Below, piece after piece: positions 30,711 through 41,654 of a DNA stretch of 64,000 bases (position 1 is the stretch's first letter; each line of letters begins with the position of its first letter). The translations under genes were made by a program, and so were the position numbers. The stretch is from positions 33,913-97,912 of the IMG/VR virus record IMGVR_UViG_3300032030_000040. One strand, given 5' to 3'. This DNA is from a virus (Duplodnaviria > Caudoviricetes). A model generated the notes under the pieces. It worked only from the letters and a program-made list of their open reading frames with translations. It did no database searches and was not told where the DNA came from.

Positions 30711-30750
30711 AGTCGTACCACCCGTGATGGGTCGTGCGACTTATTTTTGT
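30711..30750 (+). terminator. Terminator of structural operon
   Basis: AGTCGTAC..CCCGTGATGGG..GTGCGACT followed by TATTTTTG. Confidence 0.65.
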
Positions 30751-30853
30751 ATATTTGATAAAAATTTCCCCTAAATTATTTGCATATTTGATAAATTATT
30801 TGTACCTTTGTCGTAGCAAATAAGATAAACGATTTCAAAACATTCTAATTATG
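30751..30853 (+). promoter_or_regulatory. Repeated promoter/leader cassette copy 4
   Basis: TTTGCATATTTGATAAATTATTTGTACCTTTG-TCGTAGCAAATAAGATAA; extra ATATTTGATAAA upstream. Confidence 0.85.
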
Positions 30854-31837
30854 GTAAAATTGTGTAATATCATACCTACGTTATTGGCAGAAGTTCTTCT
30901 GCTTATGTGCATAGCTGGAGCTATATATGGTATGGAGACAAGGAACGCTGCTGGAACAGCAAACTGTGTGTTTTTCGGAATCATGGCTTATTCCTTCGTT
31001 CATGTTCTGAGAAAGGAACGTAAGGAAGAGGAAGGAGGCGACGATGAGTAAGGAGGAAAAGGCAGAGCAGCTGACTCAGGCAATCATCAACACCTGCAAG
31101 AATCTGGGTGTCGAGCCAGACGAGACGCTGGACGTACTGGGCATGGCCACTGGGAATATCCTGACGACCATTGCGCCGTTGTTCGGTGTAAGCCCACGTC
31201 AAATGCTCCAGATATTCGGAAAGGGTATTGCGAACGCAGAACTGACAGAGAGGAAAGGGAGTTAGTCATGAGAAGGTTCAGGTTAAGAAAGACAGGTGAG
31301 GTTGTCGCCATCATCAGCTACGTGGGTACGACTACAAGGCGTGAGGGTGACAAGGTTAGCTTTATCGACAGTAAAGGTATTGAGCACGTCGATGAGCATC
31401 TGAATTACTATTGGGACTTTGAGGAACTGACAGGGCTTGATGACAAACGCTTCCAGTTGGCAGTTATGGCCTTGCAGGGTATTCTTTCAAGGTCTGTCCT
31501 ACATGACAAAGACGAAAAGGAAATAGCTGAAAAGGCACTGAGGTATGCAGACGCTCTTCTCGAGAAGATGCAGAATCCAGAGCCGAAGCAAGAGGCAGCT
31601 CCGAACAGGAAACGTGAAGATGTGCCTATCGGTGGTTTCTATAAGTGTAATGGTAAGGTTTACACAGCTGTCAAAAGTCCAGAAGCGAACAATGAAGACG
31701 GCAGGGAGTGTGAAGGGTGTGACTTCCACGATGACGCCTGTGACGGCTGTACTCTGGTAGAGTGCTGTCCTGAATACCGTAATGACAAGCTGAGTGTCAT
31801 CTTCAAAGAGGTGGTAGGCGGTGAAAAGATAGTATAG
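30851..31837 (+). CDS. Three hypothetical genes (30851-31051 membrane, 31044-31265, 31268-31837 with Cys-rich C-terminus)
   Basis: Coupled ORFs after cassette 4. Confidence 0.55.
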
Positions 31838-31839
31838 TT

Positions 31840-32370
31840 ATGGCAGACACGAAACTGACAGTAAAGGAAATCGAGCTGGCCCTACGGAACAGCGGTTTGT
31901 GGAACAAGCGCAATGACGTTATGCTTCCAAACCTGTCTTGGGGATTGCTCAACCATGAGGCAGATTTCTGTGTTATCACCAAGTCCGGCTACTTGACCGA
32001 AGTGGAGATAAAACGCTCGTTTACAGACCTAAAGGCGGACTTCAAGAAAGACGTGTTCCACAAGGATGAGCGTGTATATAAGTTCTACTATTGTCTGCCT
32101 GAGTCCATCGTTGTGAAGTCCTTGGAGCTCTTCAAGGAGAATGAAGACAAAATCAAGCAGCTATACAATACAGATTACTACCATGACCCAGCCTTGCTCG
32201 TTTACGATGAGCATGGTGCGATCAAAAAAGAAGGAGGCTACCCGTATCGAGGTGGCCGAAAGCTCTTCCTTGAAGAACGTGAGATTGTAGGACGTCTGAT
32301 GTCGCTGCGCTATTGGGATATGCAAGAGAAACTGAATAAGGAGAAGAAAGATGGAAGAATTGAATTTTAA
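31840..32370 (+). CDS. PD-(D/E)XK nuclease-like (MmcB-like) protein
   Basis: HEADF...EVEIKRSFTDLKADFKK. Confidence 0.65.
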   Translation: MADTKLTVKEIELALRNSGLWNKRNDVMLPNLSWGLLNHEADFCVITKSGYLTEVEIKRSFTDLKADFKKDVFHKDERVYKFYYCLPESIVVKSLELFKENEDKIKQLYNTDYYHDPALLVYDEHGAIKKEGGYPYRGGRKLFLEEREIVGRLMSLRYWDMQEKLNKEKKDGRIEF

Positions 32371-32675
32371 GAGGCTGGCAGATATCGTCAATTCGCTTCA
32401 CCCTGCAATCGAGGACACGGATGACGGGACTATCTACACGTTCCGTACAGGCACCTATCCTGATAGTGAGAATCCTGGCAAGTATATCTGGCTTGCAGGC
32501 TATTACTCAGAGGAAGCGGATGCGTGGTGGTGCGTGGGAAGGGGTGCAACGATGTTTAAGGCCATACGTCACCTGAAAAAGCAACTTTCCATTCGGGAAC
32601 CAAACGAAAAGAGATTATAAATGCTGGATATATGGTTAGAAGATTAAATATGTATCACAATTAAAATAAGTAAGT

Positions 32676-33245
32676 ATGAAACTTTTACTGTTCGATTTAG
32701 AGACTACTGGTACTGATGTCGTGAAGCACGGCGTCCACCAGATTTCAGGTAGAGTCATCATCAATGGCGAGGTGAAGGAGAACTTCGACTTCAAGGTACG
32801 TCCGAAAGATGGTGCAGAGTATGACCCTGTGGCCCTGCAGGTCGGTAACGTCACCAAGGAGCAGCTGGAGGCCTACCCCTCAATGCGTGAGGTGTTCCCC
32901 AAGCTCAAGGCCATGCTTGACAAGTATGTGAACAAGTTCGACAAGTTCGACAAGTTCTTCCTTGTGGGCTATAACAATGCCCATTTCGACAACCAGTTCT
33001 TCCGTCAGTTCTTCTTGGATTGTGGGGAGAAGTATTTCGGTTCTTATTTCTGGTCCAACTCTTGCGACTGTATGGTACTGGCCACTCCGTTCCTGATGGA
33101 TAAGCGGAAGGAAATGGTTGACTTCAAGCAGGCCACCGTTGCAAAGGCTCTGGGTGTAGAGGTAGAGGCAGACAAGCTGCATGATGCCTCCTATGATATC
33201 ATCCTGTGTCATGCTATCTATGACAAGGTTTGTGGCAAATACTAA
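32676..33245 (+). CDS. DEDDh 3'-5' exonuclease (DnaQ-like)
   Basis: FDLETTG, GYNNAHFD, LHDASYDI. Confidence 0.88.
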   Translation: MKLLLFDLETTGTDVVKHGVHQISGRVIINGEVKENFDFKVRPKDGAEYDPVALQVGNVTKEQLEAYPSMREVFPKLKAMLDKYVNKFDKFDKFFLVGYNNAHFDNQFFRQFFLDCGEKYFGSYFWSNSCDCMVLATPFLMDKRKEMVDFKQATVAKALGVEVEADKLHDASYDIILCHAIYDKVCGKY

Positions 33246-33258
33246 ATCCTGACTGAGT

Positions 33259-35794
33259 ATGAGAGGCAGAAATGGAATCCTTATGCTGGCGGCAATGATG
33301 GTTGCTGCAGCTGGTGGCAATTCTCCGTTTATGACGGACTATCCAGAGCGTCGCAAGTTGAGTGACGAGGAAATGAAGAGACGTGCCCATGCTCTGAATC
33401 CTGTCGATCTGACTGAGCATGAGTTTATCATCAAGGGTGAGAAGATTATGGCCAGCAACAAAAAGACGGCCATGAAGATTTATGCGAATCGTCATCCTGA
33501 GTCGAAGAAACGTAAAAAGTAGCAGCTATGGAAATAGGAATGATTATCATGTGTGTGTGTTGTGCTCTACTTGGTGGAGTTATCGGATTCCTGTTTGGAA
33601 CAAGCACTTACAAAGAAATGAGAGTACGTGTTACGGCAGAAATCATTGGGCGTATGCGTGACGCCATGAAGTCACTTTGCTATGATGACGAGTCTGTATG
33701 GTTGATAGTAAAGCGCATGGGTTGTAAGATAATGCCTCCAGGCGTACCTCCACCACATATGAGTCGTGGGGCAAGGCTGATTGCCATTGAGCGTGAGAGG
33801 CAAATTACAGCAGAGGGCTATGACCGAGAGCATGACAGCAAAGAGAAGGTCAGTGACTTCATTCTTGCAGCTATAGGGTACTGTGAAAGTGCTATGTCTG
33901 GAGTTCCACTTACTGTAGATAAGCTGAGATTTAGATGGCCATGGGATGCAAAGTATTTTAAGCCAAAGGGTACTCTACGAGATTTAGTACGAGCTGCAGC
34001 TTTGTTAGCAGCAGCTATCGACAGAATGAAATATAGCGAGAAGGAGGACTGACCCCATGATGACCCACGATGAGATTTCACGCTTCTTCAGCGAGGAATA
34101 CGAAAAGAAGGCTTTCCAACTACCCGACTGGCCTGCGGGAACGGAAATAGTGTGCTACTGCCGCTCTACCGACAGCCGTGACACCATTGAGAAGATAGCC
34201 CAGCGAGTCGGTTGGAAGATTGTGAAGTACGTTCACATCGACGAACTGCCGATAGCCCAGCTCTACAAGCCAGGGCAGGTGGTGCTCGCCAAGCACGAGG
34301 CGGTGGAGTTGGAGTACACGCCAACTCCGATAGAACTTTCAACGTGGAGCGATCAGATGCTGGGCGGAGGAATAAAGGCTAATTTTATAAAAACAACGAA
34401 ACAATGAGACTGATTTACATGATTGCAGCCGACGTACTGAGAGCACTCGGCTGGGAAGTAGATATTAACGAGAAGGAAAGTTATTGGAACCTCGTGCTTA
34501 CCAATACCACCAGCAGCGAGGATATGCCCCAGTCGCACAAGTCGTGCCTGCGGGGACTGTTGCGCGGTTGGCTGATGGAGTTCAACTTCGAGGGTGGCCG
34601 TCAGCAGGTGAACATCTACAAGGAGTTGCAGGGGCTCGACCCCGAGGACGACCGTTATTCGTGTCTGGATACCTGTGTCAAGCGAACGGATAGCAATACT
34701 CCCGTATCTAAGTTGAACGACAGGGAGATTTTCGTCCGCCGCAAAGACCGCTTCGACCGCTACGTGCTTACAGAGCCTGTGTCAGAGAACATCACCACAA
34801 GGCTAACAGCCGTGCGCCAGATGAGTGTCAAGGCCTCCGACTTGGATGGTTACAAGGTGCAGACACCGCCGAAGCCTATCGGCTACCTTGAACATGAAGA
34901 GTCAAAGACGCGCATCCAAGTATTCAAACACATTGGCTGGTTCCGTCGCTGTATGCTTCGTTGGTGCTTTGGAGTGAAATATAACAAGGAGGACTGACCG
35001 ATGAAAGTGTTATCAGGAAGGGTTTCTTGCAAGCATTGTGGTGCAAATCTCGAATACAATTCCAATGATATTGAGGTAGATTGTGTAAGGCCTGAAGATT
35101 GGAATAGCGCACCAAGATACATCACTTGCCCATTATGTAAACATCGAATATATTTTTAGAGTCCTGACCTATGGCAAAGAAGAATCAAAAGACCACAACG
35201 GAGGTGCTTCAGGAAATGGCCGATGAGCTCGGAAAGACGGCTGCTGACTTAGCAGCGTTCATGACTGGCGGTATCGGACCGACACAGCAGGAGTACATCG
35301 ACAAGATAAATGCCGACTGGAACGGCTATAACTTCATCGTCATCTTTGGTCATGTGTACCGTCTGACAAACGAGAAGAAATACAAGGATAACGGTGCCCT
35401 GCGCTGTCCGTGCGAGGTGTGCGAGCTGAGAGACAATTGCTGTCAGGATGGCGATAAGGCACTCTGCAGAATCCTTCGTGCTGATACCGACGAGTATTTC
35501 TATGATGCTGGAGAGCTGGTCATCGACAAGCGTGGAAAGATGAAGGTTGAGAAATGGTTTGAAGATAAGTAAAGACTAAGATATATGGCAAAGAAAGTAT
35601 TTCTCGGAAATGGACTGAGCCGCACGGCGATGGTGTTCAAAATTGCGACGCTGGCAGGACATAAACTGACCGTCCCTGAAATGAATCGAATCAAGACGAT
35701 CAATCCCCGTGCTCTGGAGAAAGTCTATGACTCCGTAGTGGGGGGGGTAAGTAAAGGTGATGCGTTATTCGCACTCAGACTGGTATTGAAATAA
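33259..35794 (+). CDS. Run of hypothetical genes (33259-33522, 33528-34052, 34057-34407, 34404-34997, 35001-35159 zinc ribbon, 35171-35572, 35585-35794)
   Basis: Tightly packed co-oriented ORFs; 33528-34052 has the ERERQI.EG...WPW...RDLVRAAAL phage motif. Confidence 0.55.
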
Positions 35795-35813
35795 TATAAA
35801 GGAATATAACTAT

Positions 35814-36104
35814 ATGAACATCGGACAAGCAATCGTCACTATCCGTAAGGCACGGAAGATGATACAAAAGGAACTGGCAGGGCGCTGCGGCATGTCGCAG
35901 AACGCCATCGTGGCAATAGAGAAGAACCGCTCACAACCGCCAATGGAAACAATGAAGCGGTTGCAGGAAGCACTTGGTGTACCGCAGTCGTACATTCTAC
36001 TATACAGCATTGAGGACTGTGACATTCCAGAGGACAAACTGAAAACGGCCAGGCAGTTGCTAATGCCACTGAAAGATTATTTATTGAAGGAGGATGAAGT
36101 ATGA
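35814..36104 (+). CDS. XRE-family HTH regulator
   Basis: IRKARKMIQKELAGRCGMSQNAIVAIEKN. Confidence 0.85.
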   Translation: MNIGQAIVTIRKARKMIQKELAGRCGMSQNAIVAIEKNRSQPPMETMKRLQEALGVPQSYILLYSIEDCDIPEDKLKTARQLLMPLKDYLLKEDEV

Positions 36105-36288
36105 TTGACATTCATTTACATTGGTCGTGGCTTTTGATAGCCGCAGTTGTGATAATCGGGATATGTGTGGCATATCCATATCTAAGAGAACGTAATGAAG
36201 GTATTGGCGGTGCTGTCAGTGGTGCTATTGGCTGCGCTATTCTCGTTGTTGCCATCCTTGTAGCGCTTGTTTTAGGTGGAATCTTTAT

Positions 36289-36705
36289 TTGGTAATGGAG
36301 GACAGAAAGATGTTTGACTTAAAGAAACTGAAAGACAATAATGCAACGTTCTGGGTGTTCTGGCTTCCAGAGCTGAGAAAGATTGCCGCCGAGTGCGGCT
36401 GGGCTATTGCCATACACGGCTCACTGGTACACGACCTTGACCTTATGGCCATGCCTTGGGTGGAGAACCATACGACAGCTGACGAGCTGGCTCAGAGGTT
36501 CACGGATATCAACGAGCCGAATTGGAGGCGCCCATATGAGAAGAGCAAACCAGGCGACAAACCAAACGGGCGGATTGTCTATACTATCTTTATGGGTGAT
36601 ACCTATATCGACATGAACGTTATCGAGAGTCGGTATTATGTCGGGGTAGATATCGGAGAAGGGAAGGACTGGAGTCCTGAATTCATTGAATCAGAAAACA
36701 AGTAA
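36289..36705 (+). CDS. Minimal nucleotidyltransferase-like protein
   Basis: IAIHGSLVHDLDLM (GS..DxD motif). Confidence 0.55.
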   Translation: MVMEDRKMFDLKKLKDNNATFWVFWLPELRKIAAECGWAIAIHGSLVHDLDLMAMPWVENHTTADELAQRFTDINEPNWRRPYEKSKPGDKPNGRIVYTIFMGDTYIDMNVIESRYYVGVDIGEGKDWSPEFIESENK

Positions 36706-36716
36706 AAATAGGAACT

Positions 36717-37645
36717 ATGGAAATTGTAGGAGTAATTGTAATTGTTGCGCTGGTAGCCATATTCTTCGGGGTTGTCATTGCAGCGTTTTTCTGGGCTGGA
36801 AAAGCAGTAGAGCAGAACACAGAAGAGAATGATGTGCAGGAGAGGAAGCCAAAACTGAATCCCCCATCGGAAGGTGCTTACTACACCAGCAAGCAGGACC
36901 GTATGCTTACTGATGAAGAGCTCCAGCAGATGGATGACAAGGGCTGGGTTCTGGTGAATGTCATTCCTGAGTCTTACCATGACTATCTTGGTGTGTACCC
37001 AGAGGCTCCAATGGTGTTGAGGACTCGTTATACATACCTGTTCAGGAGAATAAAGCAGGCAGAATTGAAATGAGTAACGTCATGCAGTTTATGAGTACTA
37101 CGGGAATTGTCATTCTGTCATTTGTGCTTGGTGTGACCGTCGGGCGTTTAGGTGCCTATGCTATGGGTATGAAGTTCGGTATGAGGTACGGAATGGAAAT
37201 GACCATGATTAACCTATACAAGATATTCAAGAAGCACGGTGTATATGACAAGTTCCGTGAGGCTATGGAAAAGGAAATCAGCGAACAAAACTGGAGTAAA
37301 AACAATCAATAGCATTTTATTATGGAAGAAAAGAAATTGAAAATCAATGGAGAGCACTTTGCAGAAGTGCTGGAGTCTGAGATTAAGAACCTTCTGTTGA
37401 GGGTGAGTGCTAAACGTGCCTCGTTAGGCAAGGTGAAATCCAATCCGTTGCTGAAGCTAATCGACAGTGGAAGGATGACCAAGGAGTATATTCTTACTGA
37501 AATGCCGAAACTCCAGAACAAGACATCGACACTGCCAAGCGGCGAGAGGGCTGTTCTGCGAGACATCATAGGCACGGCGATCCATCGTACTGCTATCGAG
37601 CAGGCCAAGAAGGAAGCAGAGGAAGAACAGAAGAAAGGGAAGTGA
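36717..37645 (+). CDS. Three hypothetical genes (36717-37073 and 37070-37312 membrane-anchored; 37322-37645)
   Basis: Coupled ORFs. Confidence 0.55.
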
Positions 37646-37646
37646 T

Positions 37647-38198
37647 ATGGCTTACATACTGGCTGAGAATGAGCGAAGGCCGATGACGAGGCGCATCCCT
37701 GCCCTGCCTGAGAAGCAGCTGGCCAGAGACGGGAAGATTGCCGCTCAGTTAATCAGGGCCTATGAGGTGGAGAATGATATCCAGAAAGTCAAGGATATCT
37801 TCTTCCGCAAGGCCAAGCTGTTGTCGAATCCCCGTTACTGGGAGTTGATGCGCACGGTATGGGTAGTGGCCGGAAGCACAGAAACGTCAAATGAGTTTCG
37901 GCCTTACTTCAAGTCGGCACGTCCCTGCAAGGGATGGTTTATGACCGTGGAGGATGCAGAGGCTCTGGAGAACATGGAGTTCCCTCTTACCGTCTATCGG
38001 GCATACGACCCATACTACGACAGCCCTGAAGGACTTGCAGAAGGCGGTGACCCAGGCATATCATGGACTACTGACAAGGATTGGTGCGAGGGCTATGCCA
38101 AGGCGAAGGGCCGTGTCATCAAGTCCCGTGTCGTTGAACGTAAGGATATCTTCGCCTACATCAGCAGACGTGGTGAAGAGGAAATCATGATTCTGTGA
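37647..38198 (+). CDS. Putative ADP-ribosyltransferase-fold protein
   Basis: VYRA ... ISWTTD ... GEEEI resembles the R-S-E triad. Confidence 0.45.
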   Translation: MAYILAENERRPMTRRIPALPEKQLARDGKIAAQLIRAYEVENDIQKVKDIFFRKAKLLSNPRYWELMRTVWVVAGSTETSNEFRPYFKSARPCKGWFMTVEDAEALENMEFPLTVYRAYDPYYDSPEGLAEGGDPGISWTTDKDWCEGYAKAKGRVIKSRVVERKDIFAYISRRGEEEIMIL

Positions 38199-38683
38199 TG
38201 AAGAGAGAGGAACTATTTGCCAAGATATCATGCCAGACTGGTAAGATGCCAGTCCAGTGCTGTTGTGAACGGTGCAAGGCTCAATGCCATACGCCATGCC
38301 TCGGAACGCCTCACGATATCCTTGCCCTTATTGATGCAGGGTACGCCTGGAGTCTGTGTTTCACGGAGTGGGCTGCTGGTGTTACGCACAGGATGACGGA
38401 CAAAATCATTCCGATGGTGCAGATAAAGGAACGTTTCGGGTGGTGTGTCCTGTATCATGATGGATTGTGTGAGCTTCACGAAAAAGGTCTGAAACCCACT
38501 GAAGGCAGACTGTCATCCCATGAGTTCAGGGAGATAGAGCTTAGGCCAGAGTTCAATGTCACATACCAAGTGGCAGCTACATGGCTTGATGATAGTCATC
38601 TTGATGTGGTGAAGGAGATTGTCAGGAAGCTCGGAGAGTATTGGGATTCAACAAAAACAAATAATTCAAATCAAACGTTATGA
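38195..38683 (+). CDS. YkgJ/CxxCxxCC-like cysteine-cluster protein
   Basis: CCCERCKAQC...CVLYHDGLCELHE..KP. Confidence 0.6.
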   Translation: MMKREELFAKISCQTGKMPVQCCCERCKAQCHTPCLGTPHDILALIDAGYAWSLCFTEWAAGVTHRMTDKIIPMVQIKERFGWCVLYHDGLCELHEKGLKPTEGRLSSHEFREIELRPEFNVTYQVAATWLDDSHLDVVKEIVRKLGEYWDSTKTNNSNQTL

Positions 38684-39618
38684 AGAGTATCTTATTAAGT
38701 CTGCCTGATGGTCAGGCGGAAGTGTTCACCAAAAGATTGGTTGAGCTCATGAAAGAGTGCGGTGTGTCCGCACAGATAACGGCTCCTGAAGCCGAAGTGT
38801 TCAATCCAGAGGCAGGCTGTTTTGTCGCCTTTGGTGATGACACCTGCGAAGAGAATCCGTTTGTCGGTATCTTCAAAGAATGGTACAATGGTTCCAACGA
38901 CAAGATTATCTGCTATGCTCATGTCAATGGCGAAGGGATACTACAGGCTGAGGAAGAGTACTGGAATGCCGACAAGGTTTTACGTCCTGCCACTGATGAG
39001 GAAACAGAGGCGCTTATCAAGGCACTTGCCAAGAACGGCAGACGATGGAACAGTGAAGAGCTGGAGTTTGAGGACTGTGGTACCTACGAGGCGATCCGCA
39101 CTTTTGAGGACGCTCTGGAGAAGGTCACGGAACTGTCAGAGAAGCAAGAGGGTTTCAATGAGGGCAAGGACAATGTGTATAGTGCCATGCTTTATGCCTA
39201 CTATCATCTGGAGAACCATGTGGAGAAGGCTTACACCGAAAACAAGTTCAATCAGGACATCATTGCCTTCATTAAGTTGCGTATCATCGTAGCTGCTATA
39301 AATGACGGTTGGATGCCTAAATTCGTGGAGGGTGAATACCGTTGGTTCCCTTGGTTCCGTCTCTACACTCAGGCTGAGATAGACGCTATGAGCGAAGAAC
39401 AACGTGCGAAGGTTCTGCTCGTTGGGGGTGGCGCGAATAGTGGCGCTGTTTGCGGTCTTGCGTGCTCGATCTCGAATGACGACTTCTCGATCTCGAGGAC
39501 GCGCATCGGCGCTCGGTTGGCCTTCTCGGACAAAGCGAGAGCGGAATATGCTGGAAAACGGTTCATCGAATTGTATGCAGCCCTGAATTTCAGGGCGGTG
39601 GAACGGAAAGCGGAATAA
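38680..39618 (+). CDS. DGR target 2: non-structural phage protein with internal variable region
   Basis: Contains VR2; RPATDEE..L..NGRRWN and KLRIIVAAINDGW.P motifs; 33 codons follow the VR. Confidence 0.85.
   Translation: MKSILLSLPDGQAEVFTKRLVELMKECGVSAQITAPEAEVFNPEAGCFVAFGDDTCEENPFVGIFKEWYNGSNDKIICYAHVNGEGILQAEEEYWNADKVLRPATDEETEALIKALAKNGRRWNSEELEFEDCGTYEAIRTFEDALEKVTELSEKQEGFNEGKDNVYSAMLYAYYHLENHVEKAYTENKFNQDIIAFIKLRIIVAAINDGWMPKFVEGEYRWFPWFRLYTQAEIDAMSEEQRAKVLLVGGGANSGAVCGLACSISNDDFSISRTRIGARLAFSDKARAEYAGKRFIELYAALNFRAVERKAE
39415..39527 (+). repeat. DGR variable repeat VR2 (remote)
   Basis: Ungapped match to TR 22567-22671 at offset 16848; 13 mismatches, all at TR adenines. Confidence 0.93.
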
Positions 39619-39683
39619 TCGGAATCGTGGTAGCCTGTAATGGTGGCCACGACATTCTTTTTGGTGTGTTTCATGGATATACC

Positions 39684-39752
39684 CTGCACTTCCAAGTTCA
39701 CTAAAACTTTCTATAGCCTACGGCAAAGAGTAGCAGATTATCACTAACTTTG
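39684..39752 (+). promoter_or_regulatory. Putative late promoter of lysis operon
   Basis: CTGCAC-N5-AGTTCAC-N43-TAACTTTG. Confidence 0.55.
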
Positions 39753-39774
39753 TCGAAAACAAAGCAGAAAGATA

Positions 39775-40347
39775 GTGAACTGGATTTTGAATATAATTAA
39801 CTGGTGCCAGACTTGGAAAGTCGTATGGGCTGTACTCGGAGGAATCTTCGGGTGGTTCATCGGGGAGTTCCAGCCGACATTCCCCCTCATGGGAGCTGTG
39901 ATAGTTTTGATTGTCAGTGATGCTTGGACGGCATACCAACTTGACAAGAGAGTGCATAGGAAATATCCGAGTAAGGTAAAGAGGGATGAAGCCAAGTTCA
40001 CAAGTTTTGCTTTCGGAAAGGTTGTCAGGCAGACCATTCCGAAACGTCTCTGGCTCATCATTCTTGCCTTCATCGTCGAACACTGGATATTCATTCATGT
40101 GGAGATTCCTTTGAGCTATATTGTGGCCGGAGTGATTGCTTTTGAGCAGATATTAAGTATTCTGGAAAACGAGGCTTCATGTCGGGAAGATGACAGTGAC
40201 GGGCGTTTCTGGAAGATGCTCAAGAAACTCCTTATTGACAAGACCGAAAGGCATTTTGACGTAGAGCTTGGGGAATTGCGTGACCCAGACCAGAAGCGCA
40301 AGCGTCCAAGGCACAAGCCAAGCTACAGGGAAAACGAAGAATTATAA
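39775..40347 (+). CDS. Holin (Phage_holin_4_1-like)
   Basis: Three TM segments, SILENEAS motif, basic C-terminus. Confidence 0.75.
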   Translation: MNWILNIINWCQTWKVVWAVLGGIFGWFIGEFQPTFPLMGAVIVLIVSDAWTAYQLDKRVHRKYPSKVKRDEAKFTSFAFGKVVRQTIPKRLWLIILAFIVEHWIFIHVEIPLSYIVAGVIAFEQILSILENEASCREDDSDGRFWKMLKKLLIDKTERHFDVELGELRDPDQKRKRPRHKPSYRENEEL

Positions 40348-40357
40348 AACCCAAAAT

Positions 40358-41644
40358 ATGTTTTCAAAGCACAGTTTATTTACATCTGAGGCAGTATCAG
40401 AAGGCCACCCCGACAAGGTGGCCGACCAGATTTCTGACGCTATCCTCGATGCGCACATTGCGAAAGACCCGTCATCGAAGGTGGCGTGTGAGACGATGGT
40501 CACCACTGGCCAGGTCATCGTAGCTGGAGAAATCAAGTCTGCAGCAAAAGTTGATGTTCAGGAGGTAGTGAGGAACACCATCAAGCGTATTGGCTATGAC
40601 AGGCCAGAGTTGAAATTTGACGGCGAGAGCTGTGGAGTCATTAACCTCATGCACGAACAGAGTGCCGACATTCGTAGGGGTGTCGAGCGCCATGAACCCA
40701 TGAATCAGGGCGCAGGCGATCAGGGCATGATGTTCGGATATGCGACAGACGAGACAGAGGCTTTCATGCCTTTGCCTATTTACTTGGCCAACCTCATCGT
40801 GAAAGAGCTGGCTGCTATCCGCAGGGAGCACGTCTGCATGATGTACCTACGTCCAGACGCAAAGAGTCAAGTAACGGTTGAATATGACGAGAACGGAAAA
40901 GCCGTTCATATCGACACGATTGTAGTTTCCACCCAGCATGACGAGTTTATTACGCCAGACAACTGCAATCTGCCAGACGAAGCAGATGCGGAAATGCGAG
41001 ACCTTATCACCTACGATATCGAGAACTATGTACTGCCAAGGGTGAAGGAGCGTATCAGCTCTGATGAAATCCTGGCACTCTTCGACAAGAACACGAAGCT
41101 GCTGGTGAATCCGACTGGAAAGTTTGTCATCGGTGGCCCTCATGGTGACACAGGTCTGACAGGCCGTAAGATTATCGTAGATACATACGGAGGCAAGGGC
41201 GCACATGGCGGTGGCGCTTTCTCAGGGAAAGACCCCAGCAAGGTTGACCGCTCTGCTGCTTACATGGCACGTTACATTGCGAAGAACATGGTAGCTGCTG
41301 GAGTTGCCAAGGAAATGCTGGTACAGCTGAGCTACGCCATTGGCATAGCGGAGCCAGTAAGCGTGAACGTCCAGACCTTCGGCACCTGTAAGGTCAACAA
41401 GACCGATGCGGAGATAGCCGGAATCATCAGGGAGATTTTCGACCTGAGACCAAAGGCCATCGAGTGCCAACTGTCACTGAGACAGCCTATCTATGAAGAG
41501 ACAGCTGCCTACGGTCATGTAGGTCGAGAACAGACGTGCGTGACCAAGACCATCGAAGGAGTGTCCTACAACGTAGCTCTGTTTACGTGGGAAGCCCTTG
41601 ATTCCGTGGAGAAGATTCTTGAATACTTGAAGACAAACTCATAA
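40358..41644 (+). CDS. metK: S-adenosylmethionine synthetase
   Basis: [42 protein letters not shown] signatures. Confidence 0.97.
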   Translation: MFSKHSLFTSEAVSEGHPDKVADQISDAILDAHIAKDPSSKVACETMVTTGQVIVAGEIKSAAKVDVQEVVRNTIKRIGYDRPELKFDGESCGVINLMHEQSADIRRGVERHEPMNQGAGDQGMMFGYATDETEAFMPLPIYLANLIVKELAAIRREHVCMMYLRPDAKSQVTVEYDENGKAVHIDTIVVSTQHDEFITPDNCNLPDEADAEMRDLITYDIENYVLPRVKERISSDEILALFDKNTKLLVNPTGKFVIGGPHGDTGLTGRKIIVDTYGGKGAHGGGAFSGKDPSKVDRSAAYMARYIAKNMVAAGVAKEMLVQLSYAIGIAEPVSVNVQTFGTCKVNKTDAEIAGIIREIFDLRPKAIECQLSLRQPIYEETAAYGHVGREQTCVTKTIEGVSYNVALFTWEALDSVEKILEYLKTNS

Positions 41645-41654
41645 TAAGTGAGCT

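Noticed and set aside
40268-40357. N-terminal extension of MetK in the ORF track
   Set aside because: Overlaps the holin; MetK homology begins at ATG 40358, which has an AT-rich leader.
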